64,000 bases of DNA from Candidatus Poribacteria bacterium (lineage in GTDB: Bacteria; Poribacteria; WGA-4E; PCPOR2b). The notes beneath the pieces were generated by a model. The model did no database searches, had not been told where the DNA came from, and saw nothing but the letters and a program-made list of their open reading frames with translations. How positions within the stretch are numbered: the first letter of the stretch is position 1; each line of letters opens with the position of its first letter. The stretch lies in NCBI GenBank assembly GCA_965116925.1, contig OZ220744.1, positions 6,208,955-6,272,954 of the forward strand. Direction: 5' to 3'. Below, piece by piece: positions 56,446 through 64,000 of this stretch. Made by a program: the position numbers and the translations under genes.

Positions 56446-58862
56446 TAAAATCTCTGAGATGGGAATTTAGCCTCATTTGTTTACTGCTTCTTCTCCTCAC
56501 GATGCCTATTTTGGTGTTTGGTCAAGATGGTATCACTCAAGAAGAAACCGAATCGAAACGCATCTCTATGCGATTCAAAGATGCTTCGCTCGAACATATT
56601 TTGGAATTTATCTCCGATGCAACAGGTTATACCATCGTCAAATCGGCGGATCTGGATATGCGCGTCACCATCATCAGTCCTGACGACATGCCGTTGGATG
56701 AGGCGTTTTCAGTGTTGAACACAACCCTAGCAATCAAAGGATATACCAGCATCCTTAATGGGCGCAGCCTAAAAATCGTTCCGCTAGCGGAGGCAAAGCT
56801 TGAAGCGACACCGATACGGATTGGAAGCGATCCGGAGGAGATTAAATCCGAGGATACCATTACCACGCAGGTGATGCCGCTCTCTGCGGCGGATGCCACA
56901 CAGCTTGTCAAAGATCTCAAGGATTTCGTGCCACAATACGGTGTAATGACCGCCTATGGTCGGAGCAATACGTTAATCATCACAGCATCTTCAGCGAATA
57001 TCAAAAGGTTAGCGGAAATTGTCCAGGAACTCGATATTTCAATGATAGATCGGATCAAGATTGAGGTGTTTTCGTTGCAATATGCGGACGCTACCAAGTT
57101 AGCCGAAGTTATTACCAAACTGTATGAGAAGCCGCAGGACGCCGAAGCCGCAGCAGAACAAACACGACAGCAGCGGGGACGGCGCGGCGGGTTCGGTGGA
57201 GGGCGCTTTGGTGGAGGTGGTGGGGAAGCTGAAACCACAACTGAGGAAAGTAGTCCTACAGAGGGCGGTGCGTTGCAGCTGCTCGGCGAAGTCAAAGCGG
57301 TCGCCGATGAAAACACCAACTCGCTAATCGTATCCGCTAGCCAACCAAACCTCATAGCGATTCGCAGGCTGGTTGCAGAGCTAGACACACAACGTTTTTC
57401 TCAGCCGGAGACACGCGTGTTTTCGCTGAAATACGGTGATGCGACGGAGATTGCCAATGAGCTTAACCAAGCCTTCTCCAGTGCTGCGCGAAATGTCTTC
57501 ACTGGTGGTGGGTTTGGCGGATTTGGTGGATTCGGTGGTAGAGGCAGAGATAGACGTTTTTTTGAAGAGCAACAGCAACGGCAACAGCAGAGTGGCCAAA
57601 GTGGTGAAGGTGTACTTGGCTTACCAGAGTTAGTTGCGGTCCCGGATGCACGAACCAATTCCGTGATGGTAACAACGACCGCAGAGCAGATGGATGCTGT
57701 TGGTAAGCTCATCAAACAACTCGACCGGGACATCGCGGACTTTGCTGAGGACACCCGGATTTTTACCCTTGAACACGCGGATGCGGCAAACGTATCAGGT
57801 GTGCTCAACGAACTCCTTTCTACCGAACTCTTTGAGCGTCAAGCAGCAACCCGCACAAATTTCATAGGGGGTGGATTTGGTGGGTTCGGGGGTGGATTCG
57901 GAGGAGGCTTTGGCGGCAGAACATCAGGCGCCGGTGCGTTAGGTTCAGGTGCACAGACCGCCGATGCTGCACGCGGGCTCACAGGCAATGTGAAGATCGT
58001 TGCCGATGAGGAGACAAACGCCCTGCTCATTACTACATTTGTCCGAAACTTTCCCGCCGTTGAAAAACTGGTCAAACAGCTCGATGTGTTACTCCCTCAA
58101 GTTCTCATTGAGGCACAGATTATTGAGGTGACGCTAGATGATGATAGTGCGTTTGGAGTCGAGTGGATGTGGGAACAGGGGACAAGCCTCAACGATAAAA
58201 CCTATCAGCAGGGCGGAACGACCGATTTTGGGCTGACCGATGAGATTTTCGGTCTGAAATACGGCATCCTCTCCAGCAAATTGGACACAATGCTCCACGC
58301 CCTGACGAAGGATACAAAAGTCAATATCCTCTCTACGCCGCGGGTCATGACCAAAAACAATCAAGAAGCAGTTATCAACGTCGGTCAAGCGGTGCCGTTC
58401 CTCGTCAGTACACAGGAGACAGCGACGGGGGGCATCTTAACCAGCACAGATTTTCGGGATGTCGGTGTCATCCTAACGGTTACGCCGCGCATCAACCGAT
58501 CTGGAACCGTTTCCCTCGATGTCAATCAACAGATCAACAGTTTGGTTGAGTTTACCCTGTTCGATGCTCCAATCATCTCCACACGCGAGGCGTCGGCGTT
58601 CGTGACAATCAAGGACAAACAGACGATGGTTATCGGTGGGATGATTAAGGACGACAAAACGGAGACCGTTCACAAGATACCGGTGTTGGGAGATATTCCG
58701 CTGCTGGGCAAGCTGTTTCGGCGAACAGACACGCGGGTTGAAAAAACGGAGTTGATGGTGTTCATCACGCCGCATGTGGTCTATACCGATGCGGACGCAG
58801 ATCGGGTGACAGCGGAGCAGAGAGAGAAATTACATCTCCAGAATGGCAGAACAGGCAACTAG
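56442..58862 (+). CDS. gspD: Type II secretion secretin GspD-like
   Basis: N0 plus repeated N domains; QVLIEAQIIEV, LSTPRV.T.NNQEA.INVGQ, GVILTVTPRI, PVLGDIPLLG.LF and ELMVFITPHV motifs. Confidence 0.88.
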   Translation: MIKSLRWEFSLICLLLLLLTMPILVFGQDGITQEETESKRISMRFKDASLEHILEFISDATGYTIVKSADLDMRVTIISPDDMPLDEAFSVLNTTLAIKGYTSILNGRSLKIVPLAEAKLEATPIRIGSDPEEIKSEDTITTQVMPLSAADATQLVKDLKDFVPQYGVMTAYGRSNTLIITASSANIKRLAEIVQELDISMIDRIKIEVFSLQYADATKLAEVITKLYEKPQDAEAAAEQTRQQRGRRGGFGGGRFGGGGGEAETTTEESSPTEGGALQLLGEVKAVADENTNSLIVSASQPNLIAIRRLVAELDTQRFSQPETRVFSLKYGDATEIANELNQAFSSAARNVFTGGGFGGFGGFGGRGRDRRFFEEQQQRQQQSGQSGEGVLGLPELVAVPDARTNSVMVTTTAEQMDAVGKLIKQLDRDIADFAEDTRIFTLEHADAANVSGVLNELLSTELFERQAATRTNFIGGGFGGFGGGFGGGFGGRTSGAGALGSGAQTADAARGLTGNVKIVADEETNALLITTFVRNFPAVEKLVKQLDVLLPQVLIEAQIIEVTLDDDSAFGVEWMWEQGTSLNDKTYQQGGTTDFGLTDEIFGLKYGILSSKLDTMLHALTKDTKVNILSTPRVMTKNNQEAVINVGQAVPFLVSTQETATGGILTSTDFRDVGVILTVTPRINRSGTVSLDVNQQINSLVEFTLFDAPIISTREASAFVTIKDKQTMVIGGMIKDDKTETVHKIPVLGDIPLLGKLFRRTDTRVEKTELMVFITPHVVYTDADADRVTAEQREKLHLQNGRTGN

Positions 58863-58984
58863 GGTTAGAGCGAAACAGTTCCCGTTGTCTGGCGATATGG
58901 GTAATGATCTATTTTTTGTCAGGCCGAATGCGTAAATTTTACAATCCTTATAGAAACTACATCCTTATCGACTAGCACGAAAAG

Positions 58985-61900
58985 TTAATAGGTACTCTGC
59001 ATCTGGACCCCACTTAGCGCACTCCGACGCAGTCGGTCAAACGTCGTAACATTTGTGGATTGAATCGCCCGGTTCTTACGTTCAAGGTGCCGACGATAAT
59101 CTGTCACCTCGCGTGGACGGGAGTCCTGTCGTGTCGGTTGTGCTCCTCCGTGTGGTGTGCCAAGCCACGATGTCCCACGATGAAACGCATAACGGTTCTC
59201 AGCATCGCGGGCGATGACCGTCGCCGTGCCCCGTAAGTCATCGGCGATGAAAATGCCGCGGAGATCGGTTTCACCGGAGACGAAACGCGCAGCTGCAGAG
59301 CCAACCACTTTGACGTGGACTTTCGATTGGTACTTCTCCGCGACTGCGTTTCGCACATTGACACGCACCCGCCCGCTCACCGTGCCCTCCTGCACTTCAA
59401 TTTCCAACGGCGTAATCAGGACTAAACCGCTTGTAAACAGATTATCCCCTCGACAGATGACGAGATATGCCCCCTCCTCCGTGAGTGGCAGAGTGATTTC
59501 GCGGCTTTTGTCGATATAATCTTTCCCGTCACCGAGTGGAACAGTTTGGCTGACCGCTGGCTCAATTCCGACGAGATGTGCTTGAGTCACTTGGCTTAAG
59601 TTTTTCTCCCTCAGATAGAGTTTCATCAGGTCGACCCGGTACACCTGAACCACAGCTGTTTTGATATTGCGATATTTGAGCGTCAACACCACATCCGTAT
59701 CCGGTCGCTTGATAGTGACTTCAGGAAGGGCGATCTGCTGCGCTTCAAAGTGAGCGATGGACTCGTCGGCGTCGGGATAAATTTTCCTGACCTTGTTGTA
59801 CCATACTATTGCCTGTTCTGGTTTCTCTTGAACGTGATAAATCTGTCCAAGGATGTATCGCGCAAAATCGCGATCTTCGCTCTCGCTTGATGCGACGGTG
59901 GTCGCTGCTCCGATGGCTTGCTCATGGGCGTGTAGCGAGAAGAATCCGAGTGCCTCCATGTACTGAAAACTACTCAGTAAATCGCTCTCCGGGTAGCGCA
60001 CCTGATTCAGCTGACACAGTTGTACCATACCCTCGAAATCTTCCACATCCATCAAGACGTTCGCTAGTGAAAATCCTGCATCATCGGCGAGCGGGTTCAT
60101 CGGATACAAGGTTAAGAATTGGTAGAGCGTCTTTGCTGTCCACGCTAGTATTTCCCGTTTCGTTACCGTTTGTGATTTCCCATCCCTGTTTTCCTGTATT
60201 TTCTCATCTTTCCTTGCGTAAAGGGCTTGAGAGAGCGTGAAGTAAGCAGGGATGGTTGTGGCGGTGTCAGGGTACTCGCGCCATAACTCCTCCATGAATC
60301 TAAGCGAACGCAGGAATTTCCCCTCGTCCTGAAGTGTGGCACTGACATTGGCATCATTCACAAAGCTGGATTCAATCGTTGAACGGTGGACAAACGTCGC
60401 TCGCTCAAACTCTCCAATATCCCGATATGCAGTACCAACTGCCCGAATCTTGTCAAACGGGATGTACACCTCGGGATAACGCTCGCGTGACAACTCGAAC
60501 GTCTCGACCACTTTTCTAGCGTCGTAGTGTGCTTTTGTGGTGTACATCCACAACAGCATCTGCATAGTTTCTTTCTTGATGTAATAGGAGCTATCCGCGT
60601 GAAGTTTTTCAAGCAGCGGGAGCGCGTCGCTATACCTGCCATCGTCAAAATACGCTTTTCCGAGCGTGTACGCCTCGTTATCGTTCATGTGGTATTGGTC
60701 AGGGGATTTTTCACCGGGTCCTAACACGGTCAATGAAGCCACCATTCCGAGCCGCATGTCACCGGGGTGTTGTGCATCACGGATGACCGTCGGGAGGACG
60801 CGGTACTCGCCGGGGATGTAGCTGATTAACTGATAGGTGTAGTGGCGCACGTTCCCTCCGGGTTTATAGTAGAGGTGAATCACTCCGTCTCCCAGTTCGT
60901 AATAATGAAAATCACCTTTAACACTTCCGTCGACAACCGTCGTCCCAGCGGGAAAATACTCATCAACGACGAGGTGCCGATCTTTATCCTGACGATGGGA
61001 CAGAATGCTGTCTCTTCCGTGACTAATATTGATGGCGACATCCGTTCTCATCCCGGCTTCCAGCTGTGTAATTTGCGTCGTGCTCCGCGCCTCAATTGGT
61101 CGTCCCTCATACTCTAGCGGCGTGTGATGGTAACGACGCGTTATCTGTGTTTTTTTCCAGTTCTCTGCTGTCTCCAGTTTAGTTCCGACCCAACTTGGAA
61201 TCAGTGGCGAAAACCCGTTGAGTGTGACAAGGTAGGTATACGTCCCCCGCCCATCCATTCGCATCTCGACGCTGTTCTGTCCGTCGATAATGTGGCTGAT
61301 CGGCACCTCGATTAAGTGATTTGCTGAGTCTTGACGCACCACAATCGTTTCGAGCGCCTTACCGTTCACGAGTACACTCAGTTTGTAGTCATTTGTGGTG
61401 TGTTGCGTCTCCTGATAGTAGGTTGCCAGCGCGGCGACAACAGGACCCTTGGCGGTGTATGGCGAATAACCGTCGTAACGGCGCTGCCCGGTCAAATATT
61501 CGACCGCCTGCTTGATCCATGGCGAATTTGGGCGGACCGCTTCCAGTCCTAGCAACGCCAATGCGATGGTTTCCACTTGACTTGACCCTGGGGACGACGG
61601 GAAAATTTTCTCCCCGCTCTTGCGCGGTGAAGGTGTGGATAATAGGTCGCGACGCTCCAACACATTGAGTATTTCTCCTGCAATTTCCAATCGCTCTAGA
61701 TTCACAAAGATCAGTGCGGTGTATGCCAACGCAGTGTCGGTCATCTGATTTCGCCTCCGATACAGTCGGTTCGCGTATGCAAAATCCGCTTCACCGAGCG
61801 TTGAGAGGGCGTGGAGGATAACTGCCTTTGTGTCGTTGTCCTGCTGATCGATTTGAGCGAACGCCGTTTTGAGATAGGTTGTGGTTCTTGCAATCGTTGG

Positions 61901-64000
61901 GGCGTCCACAGCGACGCCCGCCTGACGTGCGGCATCCATCGCCCAGAGATTGCGCGAAGTCACACGGGGATGGCTCTCTAATCCCCTGCCGATCCAACTC
62001 CATCCGCCGTCCGAATTTTGCGTTGTCACAAGCCTGCCAACATGCGTTCGTGCCCTCGCAAGCAATTCACGATTATCGGTGGCGCGCCCGCCCACCTTTT
62101 TCACGTAGTCGAGTGCGTGGGCAAGGGCAAGCAGGTCGCTTCCGCTGTCGCCGGGCATCTGCACCGTCGATCCGATAGCGATGTTTCGGCCCCATTGAGG
62201 ATGGTGGTTCATAGCAAGGTCAAAAATCAACCGCGAGACGTTTGGTCCAATGCTAACGGTGAGCCCCTTCCGCGTGTAGCGTTGATCGGCTGGGAGTTCA
62301 ACGTAAACGGTCCTGTCTCCACTCGCCGTGCCGCTCTGCGTATCGGCGTATTCTACCCCCCATGGACGAATGGGGACTTCACGCTGTATTCCATCGCGCA
62401 TTGTTCCCGCTGTCGCGGTCGCTTCGATGATGAGCCGGTCTCCGGCAGGGACGGTGGTCGCATCAAAGATAAGCTCGGTTGTGTCCTGTCCCTTTATTGT
62501 GAGTTGTTCATGGTGGCGCAGTGAATGACGCGCCCCATCAATGGTGAGAGTGAGTTGAACTTCGGCAGCTCCCTCAAAATCGGTCAGATTGTGAAGACGG
62601 ACATGTGCTCGAATCTTATCCCCTTCGGTGACAATCGAAGGAGCTTGAATATCTAGGAAAAAGTCCTTTCGGGTCACAGTCTGCACACGAACCTCGCCTA
62701 CTAGTGTATCGACGGTAGCACCCCGTCCTGTCAGCCGCCACTTCGTGGTCTTCTCCGGCATCGGGATGGTCACGGTTGCCATACCCGCATCGTCCGTGAT
62801 GACCGCGCCAGTCCAATGTCCAGCGGCTGTAATCTCTTCGCGCGCACGCCCCGGATCGGGTTCAAGCGAGTCATTAACTGCACCTATACGAGCTGCCTCC
62901 ACAGCCTCAACTCTTATTGATCTTCTGACAGTAGTTTTCCCAGCATCCGCATGTACCGCGGCGCTTAATTGGATGACATCTACTCCTACCATAGCTTTTG
63001 CTGCAAGTCGCGCTTCCTCCGCCAATATCTCTTGAATCACGCGTCGCGTCGGCGGTTCGTAGCGGAAGGTGCAGCTTGAAGCGGTCCACATCGCCGATTT
63101 GCGTTGGCTGCCTTTTTGGAAAAAATCGTTGATCGGCGTGAGTGTGTCCGGATAAATGGCGAACAGTGCTTCGTCCACGAGTGCCAACGAAAATTCCGCT
63201 TTAACGGGCTTCCCAAGTTGGTCGATAGCGCGAACCTCAATTTCAGCTGTCGCTCCCGGTTCATAAATCGGGAACGGTTCAAAGTTGTAGTCGGGGCGGG
63301 ATTGCTCCTCCTTCCAACTCACCTGCAAGTTTAGTTTCCTTTCGACAACGAAGTGTTTCTGCGTCGTGCGGAGTTGCTGACCGTCTATCGCCGCCACCGC
63401 AAGATAGAAGTTTGGAAAATGTGCATGTCCAACCGTGAACTGAAGTGGATTCATGCCCGATTTCAGTGCGAGCACTTCATAAGCGATGACCCCTTCGCCT
63501 TCAAACGTGAGTAGCGCATGGGCTTGCATCAGACGCGAGTGGATGCGAAGCGTTTCGGCAGCACCCACTTCCGTTTTCGTGCGTTCTGCGAAGATACGCA
63601 GTTTGGTTTCGTCACTCTCGTCAGAGATGCGGACGTGACCGGCACTGACGACGGATTGACCAAACCGATCCATCCCACTCGCGCGGACGATGTATGTGCC
63701 CCCTTTGGTAAGTGTCAACTGAATTGTACCGACCCCCGATGCGTTGTCCGTTTGGAGGTGGTGTTCCTGAATAGTTACTTCCGCAGGTTCTGCTGTGCCT
63801 TCACCTTCAAGCCAAGGAATCTGCGACAAGACAGGATGCGTGAGAACGTCTCCCCGCTGTTGAACCACCTTGATCGCCAATTTCACCCCAAGCGGTTTCC
63901 CATCGGCACCGGTTGTCCGGACGGTCACGTCGAAAGGCTCGCCGGAAAGGACCAGATCGGCATCAGGTTTGACATCGATCGAAAATTCGAGGTGTGCCAG
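58985..64000 (-). CDS. Alpha-2-macroglobulin-like giant protein with C-terminal TPR/MG extension, 5'-partial
   Basis: Frame open to the window end; MG/A2M motifs (LALVDEA, W.G..ITD..G.A.V..P.P...T.WR, QN.DGGW, V.DE.FPAG, PGEYRVLP), then TPR-like helices. Confidence 0.8.
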   Translation of the reverse strand: MAHLEFSIDVKPDADLVLSGEPFDVTVRTTGADGKPLGVKLAIKVVQQRGDVLTHPVLSQIPWLEGEGTAEPAEVTIQEHHLQTDNASGVGTIQLTLTKGGTYIVRASGMDRFGQSVVSAGHVRISDESDETKLRIFAERTKTEVGAAETLRIHSRLMQAHALLTFEGEGVIAYEVLALKSGMNPLQFTVGHAHFPNFYLAVAAIDGQQLRTTQKHFVVERKLNLQVSWKEEQSRPDYNFEPFPIYEPGATAEIEVRAIDQLGKPVKAEFSLALVDEALFAIYPDTLTPINDFFQKGSQRKSAMWTASSCTFRYEPPTRRVIQEILAEEARLAAKAMVGVDVIQLSAAVHADAGKTTVRRSIRVEAVEAARIGAVNDSLEPDPGRAREEITAAGHWTGAVITDDAGMATVTIPMPEKTTKWRLTGRGATVDTLVGEVRVQTVTRKDFFLDIQAPSIVTEGDKIRAHVRLHNLTDFEGAAEVQLTLTIDGARHSLRHHEQLTIKGQDTTELIFDATTVPAGDRLIIEATATAGTMRDGIQREVPIRPWGVEYADTQSGTASGDRTVYVELPADQRYTRKGLTVSIGPNVSRLIFDLAMNHHPQWGRNIAIGSTVQMPGDSGSDLLALAHALDYVKKVGGRATDNRELLARARTHVGRLVTTQNSDGGWSWIGRGLESHPRVTSRNLWAMDAARQAGVAVDAPTIARTTTYLKTAFAQIDQQDNDTKAVILHALSTLGEADFAYANRLYRRRNQMTDTALAYTALIFVNLERLEIAGEILNVLERRDLLSTPSPRKSGEKIFPSSPGSSQVETIALALLGLEAVRPNSPWIKQAVEYLTGQRRYDGYSPYTAKGPVVAALATYYQETQHTTNDYKLSVLVNGKALETIVVRQDSANHLIEVPISHIIDGQNSVEMRMDGRGTYTYLVTLNGFSPLIPSWVGTKLETAENWKKTQITRRYHHTPLEYEGRPIEARSTTQITQLEAGMRTDVAINISHGRDSILSHRQDKDRHLVVDEYFPAGTTVVDGSVKGDFHYYELGDGVIHLYYKPGGNVRHYTYQLISYIPGEYRVLPTVIRDAQHPGDMRLGMVASLTVLGPGEKSPDQYHMNDNEAYTLGKAYFDDGRYSDALPLLEKLHADSSYYIKKETMQMLLWMYTTKAHYDARKVVETFELSRERYPEVYIPFDKIRAVGTAYRDIGEFERATFVHRSTIESSFVNDANVSATLQDEGKFLRSLRFMEELWREYPDTATTIPAYFTLSQALYARKDEKIQENRDGKSQTVTKREILAWTAKTLYQFLTLYPMNPLADDAGFSLANVLMDVEDFEGMVQLCQLNQVRYPESDLLSSFQYMEALGFFSLHAHEQAIGAATTVASSESEDRDFARYILGQIYHVQEKPEQAIVWYNKVRKIYPDADESIAHFEAQQIALPEVTIKRPDTDVVLTLKYRNIKTAVVQVYRVDLMKLYLREKNLSQVTQAHLVGIEPAVSQTVPLGDGKDYIDKSREITLPLTEEGAYLVICRGDNLFTSGLVLITPLEIEVQEGTVSGRVRVNVRNAVAEKYQSKVHVKVVGSAAARFVSGETDLRGIFIADDLRGTATVIARDAENRYAFHRGTSWLGTPHGGAQPTRQDSRPREVTDYRRHLERKNRAIQSTNVTTFDRLRRSALSGVQMQSTY

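Noticed and set aside
57180-57920. GGT/GGA/TTC-rich DNA repeats inside gspD
   Set aside because: They are codon-level consequences of GGFGG peptide tracts, not independent DNA repeats.
1-64000. CRISPR array, tRNA or rRNA
   Set aside because: No regularly spaced direct repeats with unique spacers, and no cloverleaf or rRNA-like segment seen by eye. The repeats are dispersed palindromes. tRNAscan/Infernal were not run.

Overview
64 kb of a GC-balanced bacterial chromosome. Gene content resembles sponge-associated 'Candidatus Poribacteria' (inference): five PhyH-family dioxygenases, sulfatase, several Gfo/Idh/MocA enzymes, DUF6785-like membrane proteins, NHL/PQQ/TPR proteins and Uma2. I recognised no rRNA, tRNA or CRISPR array. 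Main blocks: DUF1501/NHL pair; convergent DUF6785-like paralogues; scattered catabolic enzymes; an AT-rich J-domain/nuclease-like pair next to an IS5 scar; a decaying defence-like island (RM-gene remnant, antitoxin-TPR fusion, ABC-ATPase + PIN); a Tat-exported PaoABC-like molybdoenzyme operon with a small Cys-rich gene; a ~17.6 kb co-oriented catabolic run; a DAHP synthase with an apparent Tyr/Phe attenuator; a frameshifted leuA; an exported-protein/GspC-GspD mini-cluster; and the 3' part of a giant alpha-2-macroglobulin-like/TPR gene. Intergenic DNA is rich in GTAG-type REP palindromes, a 108-bp TA-ended MITE that carries a REP, and heptamer/octamer micro-arrays. Best leads: a PhyH paralogue with the halogenase-type HxG motif, the aro attenuator, the ATPase-PIN island, and the REP-carrying MITE. 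All family calls are from motif recognition by eye, not database searches. Two single-base frameshifts may be assembly errors.
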